Source: Patescibacteria group bacterium (GTDB lineage Bacteria; Patescibacteriota; Doudnabacteria; UBA920). Taken from it: 64,000 bases of DNA. Position numbers and translations under genes: made by a program. Position 1 is the stretch's first letter, and the number at the start of each line of letters is the position of its first letter. This document shows positions 46,146 through 55,085 of this stretch, piece by piece. The stretch spans positions 3,642 through 67,641 of the forward strand of contig WARV01000019.1 of assembly GCA_013387205.1 (NCBI GenBank). Direction: 5' to 3'. The notes below the pieces were generated by a model, which saw only the letters and a list, made by a program, of their open reading frames with translations, had not been told where the DNA came from and ran no database searches.

Positions 46146-46248
46146 ATAAATGCCGCGGAACAGACGCGGATAGCAACGCGGATTCCTCGCTGACAACCGC
46201 TTTCTGCGTGTTATCTGCGTAGTTATCCGCGAATAATCAGCGGTATAT

Positions 46249-46809
46249 ATGATTGCATTTTTAAAAGGCACAATTTTAGAGAAGGGGCTGACTTATATCA
46301 TCCTGGAAAACAACGGGATTGGGTATAAGGTTTTTGTCACGCCGGAAACTTTGGAATTAAAACAGGGAGACGAGGCAGCGCTTTACACGTACTTAAAGGT
46401 TTCCGACGACGGGCAATCTTTGTTCGGGCTTTCCGATTTTGCCACGCTGCAGTTTTTTGAAATGCTGATAACGGTTTCCGGAGTCGGGCCCAAAGTGGCT
46501 TTGGCAATTTTGTCCGCAGCTAAAGTTGATACAATCAAACAGGCCATAGCCAACCAGGACGCGGGCGTGTTCACGCGCATTTCCGGCGTGGGCAATAAAA
46601 CAGCGGAAAGGATAATATTGGAGCTCAAAAACAAAGTGGGAACCATTGAAGTTTCCGCAGGTGTGGCTGGCAGCAGCGAAGTGTTTGAAGCTTTGGTATC
46701 TTTGGGTTATAACCAAAAAGAAGTCAGGGAAGCGCTAAAGCGGGTGAATACCACTTTGCCGGTGCAGGAACAATTGAAGCAGGCATTGCAAGTTTTAGGC
46801 AAGGCTTAA
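46249..46809 (+). CDS. ruvA: Holliday junction DNA helicase RuvA
   Basis: MIAFLKGTI N-terminus, OB fold, and two HhH motifs (GVGPKVA and GVGNKTA). Confidence 0.9.
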   Translation: MIAFLKGTILEKGLTYIILENNGIGYKVFVTPETLELKQGDEAALYTYLKVSDDGQSLFGLSDFATLQFFEMLITVSGVGPKVALAILSAAKVDTIKQAIANQDAGVFTRISGVGNKTAERIILELKNKVGTIEVSAGVAGSSEVFEALVSLGYNQKEVREALKRVNTTLPVQEQLKQALQVLGKA

Positions 46810-46936
46810 AATTAAATTGATCTAATTATTTTAATTTCTAATTGACCTAAATAAACCCCAATCCCTAAATCCCAATTAGACATTAGATATTATTTAAAAT
46901 AATTAGATCAATTAGGTTAATTAGGAATTTGCAAAC

Positions 46937-47974
46937 GTGAAATTAATTGAGATTAAAGACAATCAGAAAAGTGATTACAACCGTTTCGTAATGAATTGTG
47001 AAACGGGTTCTTTTTTGCAGTCCTGGGAATGGGGGAAGTGGCAGGAGAAAATAGGCCGGGAGGTTTACAGGTTTTTTTGCGAAGATGGCGATAAGGTTGT
47101 CGCATCGCTGCAACTAGAACAAAGGCCTCTGCCAATGGGGCAGTATTATTTGTATTGTCCGTATGGACCAGTGGTAGATTTAGGATTTAAGATCGAAGAT
47201 TTAAGAATTATCTTAGAACAATTAAGGCAAAAATTTCCTAAAGCAATATTTATCCGCATTGAGCCAAAAAATCTTAGCAACTTACAACTTACAACTCACA
47301 ACTCGCCTATAATTAAATCGGCAAATATACAACCGGCAAAGACGCTTATTGTCGATTTAACCAGACCTGAAGAACAGGTGCTTTCCGAAATGCACCATAA
47401 GACGCGTTACAACATCAGGCTTGCCCAAAAACACGGAGTAAAAATCCAGGACGAATTCTGTATTAGCATTGGCAACGGCTTGTTTTTTAAGGAAGCGGTT
47501 GATTTAATTTTGCAAACTGCGCAAAGGCAAAGCTTTAATACTTATCCGGCAAAATATTACGACGGCTTGATTAATGCCTTGGCTTTGAATAATCGCAACG
47601 GCGATTTAAGGCTTCATGTTTATAAGGCAGTTTACAAAAACCAGCTTTTGTCCGCAGCGATAATGCTGGATTTTGGCAAAACCAGGACATTTTTGTTTGG
47701 CGGTTCGTCGATGGAGCACAAAAATGTCATGGCTCCGTACTTACTCCACTTCCAAGCCATGGCTGACGCAAAAAAGCAGGGGATGGAGCAGTATGATTTT
47801 TGGGGGATTGAGACATCCAGCGGCGAGACTCCGGGTTTTGTCAGGTTCAAGCTTGGTTTTGGCGGAAAAGCCGTAGAATATCCTGGAGCTTATGATATTG
47901 TACAAAATAAATTTGTATACGAATTGTATAAAGTTTTCAGAAAAATCCATCGGCTGGCAAATCGAGCTAAATAA
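46937..47974 (+). CDS. FemAB-family peptidoglycan peptide-bridge aminoacyltransferase (GTG start)
   Basis: FemAB/FemX-like duplicated GNAT fold. Motifs YLLHFQAM and FWGIE. Confidence 0.7.
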   Translation: MKLIEIKDNQKSDYNRFVMNCETGSFLQSWEWGKWQEKIGREVYRFFCEDGDKVVASLQLEQRPLPMGQYYLYCPYGPVVDLGFKIEDLRIILEQLRQKFPKAIFIRIEPKNLSNLQLTTHNSPIIKSANIQPAKTLIVDLTRPEEQVLSEMHHKTRYNIRLAQKHGVKIQDEFCISIGNGLFFKEAVDLILQTAQRQSFNTYPAKYYDGLINALALNNRNGDLRLHVYKAVYKNQLLSAAIMLDFGKTRTFLFGGSSMEHKNVMAPYLLHFQAMADAKKQGMEQYDFWGIETSSGETPGFVRFKLGFGGKAVEYPGAYDIVQNKFVYELYKVFRKIHRLANRAK

Positions 47975-47977
47975 TAA

Positions 47978-48012
47978 AGAGACCCTTTGCTTAGAGCAAA
48001 GGGTCTCTTTGG
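47978..48012 (+). terminator. Hairpin terminator AAAGAGACCCTTTGC-TTAGA-GCAAAGGGTCTCTTT
   Basis: 15-bp perfect stem. Confidence 0.8.
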
Positions 48013-48028
48013 TTATAATGGAGATTTT

Positions 48029-48065
48029 AACGGCTAAATCCTAGATATTTTAGGATTTAGCCGTT
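48029..48065. repeat. Hairpin AACGGCTAAATCCTA-GATATTT-TAGGATTTAGCCGTT (AACGGCTAAAWCCTA family)
   Basis: 15-bp perfect stem between the convergent FemAB and Clp genes. Confidence 0.8.
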
Positions 48066-48079
48066 TAATTTATAGTTTA

Positions 48080-50740
48080 TTACTTAACCACTAATTCACC
48101 GTCAACTAAATCTATTGTGACATTGGAACCCCTTGGAAGTTTTTGGCCGAGCAGGAGCTTGGAGATGAATCCTTCCACATGGTCTTGGATATAGCGGCGG
48201 ATGGGGCGGGCGCCGAGCAGGGGATCGTAAGCATTTTTTGAAATATCATCAATGATATTTTGGGAGAATTCCAGTTTGATTCCTTTTTCTTTAAGTTTTT
48301 CCCGCAAATATTCCAGTTGCAGGAAAGAGATGCGTTGGACTTCTTCCCTGCTTAACGGATTGAACAGGATTATGCTGTCAAAACGATTTAATAGTTCTGG
48401 CGGGAAAATTGACGTTAGGGTCTGGTTAAAAAGCCGGGTCTTTATCTGGTCTAAGGTCAGTCCCGTTCTTATCCCTTCCTGGATTTCCTTGGTGCCGGCG
48501 TTGGACGTGGCGATAATTAGCGCGTGGGTGACGTCCAGCGTTTCACCCTTTCCCGTCGTCAACCTGCCGTCTTCCAAAACCTCCAAAAAGATATTTAAAA
48601 TTTCCGGGCTGGCTTTTTCGAATTCATCCAGCAAAAGCAGGCAGAACGGGTAATTTTTTAAGTGTTTTACTAAAGCCGTATCAACACTGCTTCCGGCGTT
48701 TCCTAAAAGCTTGCCTAAGCCTTCCTGGCCGCGATATTCAGACATATCCAAACGCAGCAGGTATTGTTCGCCTTTGGCGCTGTCTTGTCCAAAGTAAACC
48801 CTGGCTAAAGTTTTGGCAATTTCGGTCTTGCCAACGCCGGTTGGGCCCAAAAACAGAAACGATGCCAGCGGCCTGGTGGACGCGGTAAGCCCGCTGCGCG
48901 AGCGCCTTAAGCCTTCTGCTATGGCTTTGACCGCCTGGCTTTGGCCGACAATGTATTTGGCCATGGTCTGTTCAAGATTTAGCAGTTTCTCCGCTTCGGT
49001 TTTATTGAAAGCCTGGGAAGGGATATGCGTCCTTTCGCTGACTATTTTTTGGATTAATTCTTCGCCGATAATTTTTATTTTGAAATTTTTTGCCCGTGTC
49101 GCGGCTTCCACCAAAACGCTTATGGCCTTTTGCGGCTGGTCAGCGCCTTTTACGTACAAGTCCGTAGTTTCGACCGCTTGTTTAATGGCCTGGTATTTAT
49201 AGAAGCACTGGCTTTTTCCTTCCAGCAAGGTGGCTTTAACGCAGCAAGCCAGCATAATCCCTTCGTGGCTCAAGTGGCTTAATTCGTAAGATACGAAAGT
49301 GCTGTCAAAATTGGCGGTGTCGCGCAAGTATTCGGTATAATCTTCCAGAGTCGTGGTGCCAATGGCCAGTAGGTGGCTGTTTTCCAAAAAATTAACCAGC
49401 AGTTCCAGAAGGCTTAATCCCGAAGATGAAGAGGTGCGGGCTAAGTCGTGCATATCTTCAATCACCAAAATAATGTTCCCGGAATTCTCCGCTTCCTTGA
49501 GCGCCTGTACTAGCACGTTTTCCGCTTTTCCGCTGTTGCCTAAAATGGCCGAAGTTTCCAGCTTGACCAAACGCTTGTCCTGCAAAACTTCGGGAACCTG
49601 TTCCGTAGCCATTTTGTAAGCCAGTTCGTTTACGACAGTGGTGCGTCCGGATCCCTTTGGCCCTTTAATGATGATATTTTTTCCGCCGTCGCTTACTAGC
49701 GAAAAAATTTCGTGCAAATCCAAACCCCTGCCCAAAGCCAGAGGCAACGCGCCGTTCTTGGCCAAAAATGTCAGGTCCTGGCTGAAGTGGTCAAGATAGG
49801 GAGAAGGCAGGGAGGTTAGCCCTTTGTTTATTTCGTTGTCCGGTTTGAGTTTGGAAAGCTTTTTAAAAACCCGCAAGTCTTCCCGCAGCAAACGGATGTT
49901 AAACACCCAAGCGGCAATTATTTCCAAATCTTCCAAAGACAAATTGATGTTAAAGAAAATTGCCTGGATAAAATGATCCTGGGGCAACGCAATTGCCAGC
50001 GCGCACAGCAGCATTAGCGGGTCAAGCTGCCGGTTGTGGAGCTTGACGCTTTCCGAAAACGCCACAAAAGGGATTTGCAGGAGTTCGCCTTTTAAAGCTA
50101 TTGTGTTGACTATGGCATATTCTGACAAAAGCGTTTTAATATCCTCGATATTTATACCAAGCCGCATGAATACCAAAATCACTTCCTTGTCTTCAAGCAA
50201 AGCCGAGAGTAAATCTAAGGCCGTAACAGAGCCGTTACTTTTCCCGTCCAAATTTAATTTTTCCCGCTGCCTGCTTCTTTGTTTGGCCAGTTCAAAAGAT
50301 TTGTTCCAGCATCTTTTGGCTTCGGGGCTGAAAAATTCGTAAATGTCCAGGCTGGCCTTTTTTCCTTCGGCTGCCTGCTGCTGGCTCCAGTTGAGCAGGT
50401 TTATCTTGTCGCGGTCCAATTCCTGCTGTTTGCGTTTGGCCCATAAATAGCAGCAGCTGAATGCGGCTACCCAGACAGAAAGGGACAAGTATGACCTGTC
50501 GAAAATATCAGGAAGCGTGCCGGTATTTAAAGACATCCAGACCACAAAAGCCAAAGAAAAAAAACCCAGCGCCACGAAGACCCATAGCGCTAAATTGACA
50601 GCCTTATCGGCAAATAATTCTATGTTTTCATTGCTTATCCTGTCCTCGGAAAAGCTGCCGGAGAAGGTTAGTTCCACTCCGTCTGCTTGCGATTTTACCG
50701 GCCATTCGTTTTTTGTTTTTTTGTATTCGTGGTTGATCAT
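48080..50740 (-). CDS. ClpA/ClpB/ClpC-family double-AAA+ ATPase with an N-terminal membrane anchor (2 TM helices)
   Basis: Two Walker A motifs (GPKGSGRTTV and GPTGVGKTEIAK). Sensor-2 GARPIRRYIQ. N-terminal hydrophobic helices LALWVFVALGFFSLAFVVWM and LSVWVAAFSCCYLW. Confidence 0.8.
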   Translation of the reverse strand: MINHEYKKTKNEWPVKSQADGVELTFSGSFSEDRISNENIELFADKAVNLALWVFVALGFFSLAFVVWMSLNTGTLPDIFDRSYLSLSVWVAAFSCCYLWAKRKQQELDRDKINLLNWSQQQAAEGKKASLDIYEFFSPEAKRCWNKSFELAKQRSRQREKLNLDGKSNGSVTALDLLSALLEDKEVILVFMRLGINIEDIKTLLSEYAIVNTIALKGELLQIPFVAFSESVKLHNRQLDPLMLLCALAIALPQDHFIQAIFFNINLSLEDLEIIAAWVFNIRLLREDLRVFKKLSKLKPDNEINKGLTSLPSPYLDHFSQDLTFLAKNGALPLALGRGLDLHEIFSLVSDGGKNIIIKGPKGSGRTTVVNELAYKMATEQVPEVLQDKRLVKLETSAILGNSGKAENVLVQALKEAENSGNIILVIEDMHDLARTSSSSGLSLLELLVNFLENSHLLAIGTTTLEDYTEYLRDTANFDSTFVSYELSHLSHEGIMLACCVKATLLEGKSQCFYKYQAIKQAVETTDLYVKGADQPQKAISVLVEAATRAKNFKIKIIGEELIQKIVSERTHIPSQAFNKTEAEKLLNLEQTMAKYIVGQSQAVKAIAEGLRRSRSGLTASTRPLASFLFLGPTGVGKTEIAKTLARVYFGQDSAKGEQYLLRLDMSEYRGQEGLGKLLGNAGSSVDTALVKHLKNYPFCLLLLDEFEKASPEILNIFLEVLEDGRLTTGKGETLDVTHALIIATSNAGTKEIQEGIRTGLTLDQIKTRLFNQTLTSIFPPELLNRFDSIILFNPLSREEVQRISFLQLEYLREKLKEKGIKLEFSQNIIDDISKNAYDPLLGARPIRRYIQDHVEGFISKLLLGQKLPRGSNVTIDLVDGELVVK

Positions 50741-50753
50741 TTTAAAAATAAAG

Positions 50754-51083
50754 TTACGGCAGCAGCTGGAAAATTATCATGGCGACAATAAAAGGGAGGA
50801 TAAAAAAGTAAAACAAATCAAATATTGCCAAAAATAAAAGTTTTACGGCAAAGATTACGGACTTCGCTGCCAGCAGAAATATCCTAATGAAAAAACTGAT
50901 AACCATTCCCGAGCGGGTGTAATCTTTGTATAATGGTTCGCCGAAGTGGCGGGCCAAAGCGACCAGGCCGGTTTTTTGCAGGTAGTAATGGTATTTTCTT
51001 TTGTTCCAGGAAAACAAGATGGCCGCACCCGTGGTGTACCACCAGTAAGGCAGGGTTAAAAGGTTTAGGGGAAAGTTTTGCAT
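50754..51083 (-). CDS. Small polytopic membrane protein, co-directional and 13 bp upstream of the Clp ATPase
   Basis: 109 aa with 3 hydrophobic segments. Confidence 0.45.
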   Translation of the reverse strand: MQNFPLNLLTLPYWWYTTGAAILFSWNKRKYHYYLQKTGLVALARHFGEPLYKDYTRSGMVISFFIRIFLLAAKSVIFAVKLLFLAIFDLFYFFILPFIVAMIIFQLLP

Positions 51084-51177
51084 TGTCTAGATGTTTTTGT
51101 TTCTTGTAGTGCTTTGATAATTTTATTATACAATATTTTTCTAAGATTTGCTATTTTTGTAGAATGGTCAATGTACA

Positions 51178-51385
51178 ATGTCATTGCGAACGAGTGCCTC
51201 AAAGAGGCCTCTTTGGGGCATCCGAGCGCGGCAATCTTAACGCCTTTAGGCGTCATCCTGAACCCGAATGCATCTGAGGGTGAAGGATCTTTAAATAGAT
51301 TGCTTCCCCCTTCGCCAAGGCTTCCGAACTTCGCTAAAGCTACGTCGGACAAGTCGGAGGACAGGTCGGATGCACTCGCAATGAC
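51178..51385. mobile_element. RPE-like MITE, largest copy (~208 bp) with TIRs GTCATTGCGAACGAGTGC / GCACTCGCAATGAC
   Basis: Contains the AGATTGCTTCCCCCTTCGCCAAGGCTTC block shared with the copy at 55724 and the GGCGTCATCCTGAACCCGAATGCATC block shared with 12811. Confidence 0.7.
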
Positions 51386-51453
51386 GATACTTGTGGTCAA
51401 AGGCGCTCTTTAACCAGGACTGTTTTCAACAGCTTTTATCCTGTATAATAGGT

Positions 51454-52809
51454 ATGATGAATTCGATTAAAATTTTAATTAAAAAATATTTAATTCCGGA
51501 AAGCCTGCTTAAAGTACTGCGCCCCTTTTACCATGGCGCTATAGCTTTGGCCGGGCATTGGTGTTTTGGCAAACCGAGCGAAAAAATGGTCGTGATTGGC
51601 GTAACCGGCACTAACGGCAAATCAACCACGGTTAATTTGATCGCGCGGATTTTGCAGGAAGCCGGAAATAAAGTTGGCTACACTTCCACGGTTACGGTTA
51701 ATTTCGGGAGCTTGGAGAGTTTGAATAAGTTAAAAATGACCATGCCCAGTGGCTGGCTTTTGCATAAATGGATGAAGCAGATGGTAAATGCAGGGTGCAA
51801 GTATGCGGTTTTGGAAGTGTCCAGCGAAGGCTTGGCGCAGAACCGTCATTTGGGGATAAATTTTGACGTTGCGGTTTTTACCAACCTTACGCCTGAGCAT
51901 TTGGATTCGCATGGCGGGTTTGAGCCGTACAAATTGGCCAAAGCAAGGCTTTTTAAAGCAATTTCCAAGAACCAAGAAACAAGAGCCAAACAAATAATAA
52001 ATTCCAAATTACAAAAAACAATTATTGTTAATGCAGACGACAAGTCATCGGAATATTACAGAAACCTCAAGGCTGATAAATATTTTTCTTATGGCGTAAA
52101 GGATCGGTCCACGGACTTTGCCGCGAAAGATATCAAATACTCTCCAAGCGGGATAGGCTATACGCTGAACGCTTTACGCTATACGCTCAAACTCAAAGGG
52201 CAATTTGACGTTTATAATTCCTTGGCTGCAATTGCCACGGCGCAATCGCAAAACATTTCTTTGGAAGTTTGCAAAGCCGCTTTGGAAAAGGTGGAAGTGG
52301 TGCCTGGCCGCGTGGAAGTAATTAAACAAGAGCCTTTTACAGTTGTGGTAGATTACGCGTATGAGCCTGAGGAAATGAGGCAGCTTTACGAAACAATCTC
52401 CCGCTGGCCGCATAACAAGATTATCCAGGTAATGGGCGCAACCGGAGGCGGCAGGGATAAGAACAGGATTTTTACATTAGGGGAAATGGCCGGCAAATTC
52501 GCATCCGCGGTTTTTATTACCACCGATGACCCTTACGATGACGATCCGAAAATTTTAAGCCAGCCCATGGTGGAAGGCGCAGAAAAAAGCGGCAAGCAAT
52601 TGGAACAAAATTTGTTTTGCGAATACGGCCGCCGCGCTGCCATCGGCCGCGCTGTTTGCATGGCGCAAACCGGGGATTTGGTTTTAATTACCGGCAAAGG
52701 TGCGGACCAAAAAATGGCTTTGGCCAATGGGCAATATATTGATTGGGATGATAGAGTAGTAGTGAAAGAAGAATTAGCTAAGTTGCCATCCTTGATTCAT
52801 AATTCTTAA
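51454..52809 (+). CDS. Mur ligase family protein (MurE-like UDP-MurNAc-tripeptide synthetase)
   Basis: P-loop GVTGTNGKSTT and the Mur ligase middle/C-terminal domain pattern (DYAYEPEE). Start chosen at ATG 51454, 5 nt after the TGtTATAAT at 51442-51449. Confidence 0.75.
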   Translation: MMNSIKILIKKYLIPESLLKVLRPFYHGAIALAGHWCFGKPSEKMVVIGVTGTNGKSTTVNLIARILQEAGNKVGYTSTVTVNFGSLESLNKLKMTMPSGWLLHKWMKQMVNAGCKYAVLEVSSEGLAQNRHLGINFDVAVFTNLTPEHLDSHGGFEPYKLAKARLFKAISKNQETRAKQIINSKLQKTIIVNADDKSSEYYRNLKADKYFSYGVKDRSTDFAAKDIKYSPSGIGYTLNALRYTLKLKGQFDVYNSLAAIATAQSQNISLEVCKAALEKVEVVPGRVEVIKQEPFTVVVDYAYEPEEMRQLYETISRWPHNKIIQVMGATGGGRDKNRIFTLGEMAGKFASAVFITTDDPYDDDPKILSQPMVEGAEKSGKQLEQNLFCEYGRRAAIGRAVCMAQTGDLVLITGKGADQKMALANGQYIDWDDRVVVKEELAKLPSLIHNS

Positions 52810-52812
52810 TTC

Positions 52813-53157
52813 ATGATTTTATTCATCGATACATCTGATTTTAATAAAGTGACTTTTGCTCTGGTTGGCAAAAAAGTTTTAAAGAAGTCTTACCGTATCA
52901 ATCCGCGCGAGAGCCACGAGACTTTAAAAAAACTGGACGAGTTTTTAAAGTCGGTTAAATGTCAAAGGTCAGATGTCAAAGGTGTTTATGTTTGCAGCGG
53001 GCCGGGCAGTTATACGGGCGTCAGGATTGGCGTGACTGCGGCGCAGGCTTTGGGCTTTGCTTGGCAAATACCGGTTACAGCTTTGGAAAAAGAAAAAGTT
53101 CCAGTCAGCCTTTTGGATCTAGCTAAGGTTAAAGGAAAGAGGTTGTATAGGCCGTAA
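52813..53157 (+). CDS. tsaB: Truncated TsaB (YeaZ)-like protein, N-terminal half only (114 aa)
   Basis: MILFIDTSDFNKVTFAL...GPGSYTGVRIGVTAAQALGF matches the TsaB N-terminal core. Contains the 23-nt GTCAAAGGTCAGATGTCAAAGGT motif at 52961-52983. Confidence 0.55.
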   Translation: MILFIDTSDFNKVTFALVGKKVLKKSYRINPRESHETLKKLDEFLKSVKCQRSDVKGVYVCSGPGSYTGVRIGVTAAQALGFAWQIPVTALEKEKVPVSLLDLAKVKGKRLYRP

Positions 53158-53319
53158 AAGTTAGAGTTAAGAAATAAGTCGCCTCGTCGGCGATCCGCCG
53201 CTTGTCTGCCTAGAGGTGGGGAGAGGCGGGGGTAAGATTGTAGGGGCGGCTTTGAAAGCCACCCTTTAATTATCTGATAAGGCTTATAGGTCATATGGGG
53301 TTTATTGGACTTGTAGGAC

Positions 53320-53348
53320 GAATAACTCAACCTATGGTTGAGTTATTC
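53320..53348. repeat. Hairpin GAATAACTCAACC-TATG-GGTTGAGTTATTC (variant of the GAATGGCTCAACC family), followed by a second small hairpin and T7
   Basis: 12-bp perfect stem. Confidence 0.7.
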
Positions 53349-53403
53349 AAAACTGCTTAAATAAGCGGTATTTTTTTGTCCATTTTTCACATGTTATAAT
53401 AAA

Positions 53404-53997
53404 ATGGCTATGACAAAAAACAAAAAAATATATTTCATCACATTTATTATCATATTTATAGCTGCCGCTGCCGGGTTTGGGTTGTATCTGAAAAATAATA
53501 AAAAAGTTATTCAGGATCCGGAAAGCGATATTAGCGGAATGTCCGCAAGCCCTGAACAAGCAAAAGAAAACAACAGGATAATCAACGAGCCGTTGAAGGA
53601 AGCGGAGGTTTACAGGAATCTCGATCCGCTGTTTTCTTTTTCTTATCCTAAAGGCTTGAAAGTCGGGGAATTTGAAGAAGGGGAGAGCGGCCAGACAATC
53701 TTAATCCAAAAACCGGGAACGAAAATCGGCATCCAAATTTATTACAGCCCGTTTGATGAAGATGTCACTTTAACTGCCGACCGCATCAAAAAAGATTTGC
53801 CGGATACTAAGATGGATAGTGTGGAAACCTGGAACGTGGGAGCCCTGCAGGCTGTTTCTTTTGTCAGCGAAAATTCTTCTTTCGGCAAAACCCGCGAGGT
53901 TTGGTTTGTTTACGACAAAAACCTTTATCAGATTACGACCTATTTCGAACTCAGCGATTTTTTGAAACAAATTTTGGCAACTTGGAAGTTTGATTAA
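53404..53997 (+). CDS. Membrane-anchored hypothetical protein (197 aa)
   Basis: N-terminal TM helix. No recognisable domain. Confidence 0.45.
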   Translation: MAMTKNKKIYFITFIIIFIAAAAGFGLYLKNNKKVIQDPESDISGMSASPEQAKENNRIINEPLKEAEVYRNLDPLFSFSYPKGLKVGEFEEGESGQTILIQKPGTKIGIQIYYSPFDEDVTLTADRIKKDLPDTKMDSVETWNVGALQAVSFVSENSSFGKTREVWFVYDKNLYQITTYFELSDFLKQILATWKFD

Positions 53998-54017
53998 AAC
54001 AACGGATTCACACTAAT

Positions 54018-54046
54018 AAAGCCCCAGGCCGAAGGCCTGGGGCTTT
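54018..54046. terminator. Bidirectional terminator AAAGCCCCAGGCC-GAA-GGCCTGGGGCTTT
   Basis: 13-bp GC-rich stem between convergent genes. Confidence 0.8.
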
Positions 54047-54093
54047 TAAAATCCGTGTTTATCAGTTCTTAATCCGTGTCTATCCGTTTGTTT

Positions 54094-54837
54094 TTACTCT
54101 TTTAACTTAAACACTTTAAAAGTAATTATCAGTATAGCAATGAGCCAGAGGCCTAAAAATAAAATATCAATTCCAATAGCGTGAAAATTGAACGGGAACA
54201 AATAAGCTTGGCGCAAACCGTCAGCCAAATAAGTAATTGGCAAGACTTTGGCGATTTTTTGTATTGGCTCGGGCAAAACGCTTAAAGGATAAAAAACATT
54301 GCTTAAAAAGGTTAAGGGCAAGCCGACCGCCGAAGTAATCGGCGCGGCTGCGTCGTAGCTTTTGGCATAGTTGGAAATGAGCAGGCCTATAGTCAAAAAA
54401 ATCGCTCCGCCGAGCAGTACCAGCGCAAAGGTGGAAATAATATTGCCGGAGAATTGCGCTTTAAAAACAAATATTCCAAGCAGGGTTAAAATTACGGCTT
54501 GGATGACTACAATCACCAGTCTGGCCAAAACCAAACTTGATACCAATTGCCATTGCTTAAGCGGCGTGGCCAGCATCCTTTTGGTAATGCCGCGCGCTTT
54601 TAAGTCAACCATCCAGTAGGCCAGCGAATAAATGCCGCCCTGCATAATGGTTAAGGCTATAATGCCAGGCAGGACAAAGCTGGAATAAATGGTTGTGGAA
54701 TTGGTTATTTTGCCTACCGGAATAATAGACAGGGCAATGTAAATCATGGCCGGCATCAGCACGGTCCAATAAAACCCTTCCTTTTCCCGGTAGAACATTT
54801 TAAAATTTGCGAGGAACAATTGATAGAAACTGTTCAT
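54094..54837 (-). CDS. ABC-2 type transporter permease
   Basis: Six hydrophobic helices. Downstream of the ABC ATPase gene. Confidence 0.75.
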   Translation of the reverse strand: MNSFYQLFLANFKMFYREKEGFYWTVLMPAMIYIALSIIPVGKITNSTTIYSSFVLPGIIALTIMQGGIYSLAYWMVDLKARGITKRMLATPLKQWQLVSSLVLARLVIVVIQAVILTLLGIFVFKAQFSGNIISTFALVLLGGAIFLTIGLLISNYAKSYDAAAPITSAVGLPLTFLSNVFYPLSVLPEPIQKIAKVLPITYLADGLRQAYLFPFNFHAIGIDILFLGLWLIAILIITFKVFKLKE

Positions 54838-55085
54838 AATTTATTTAAATATTATTTAAAAAACATGGTTGTAAATTGACCTAATTAACCTAATTAACCT
54901 AATTTCCGCCAGCTGGCGGACTAAACAAACCCCAATTCCCAATTCCTAATACTAACTCCCTCTGTCTCCCTCTTTAGAAAAGAGGGAGAACATGCTAAGA
55001 AAGGCTATAGCCTTGCTTAGCTGGTTCCTTCTCTTTTTCTAAAGAGAAGGGCAGGATGAGTTAATAATAATTAGAATAATTTTTT

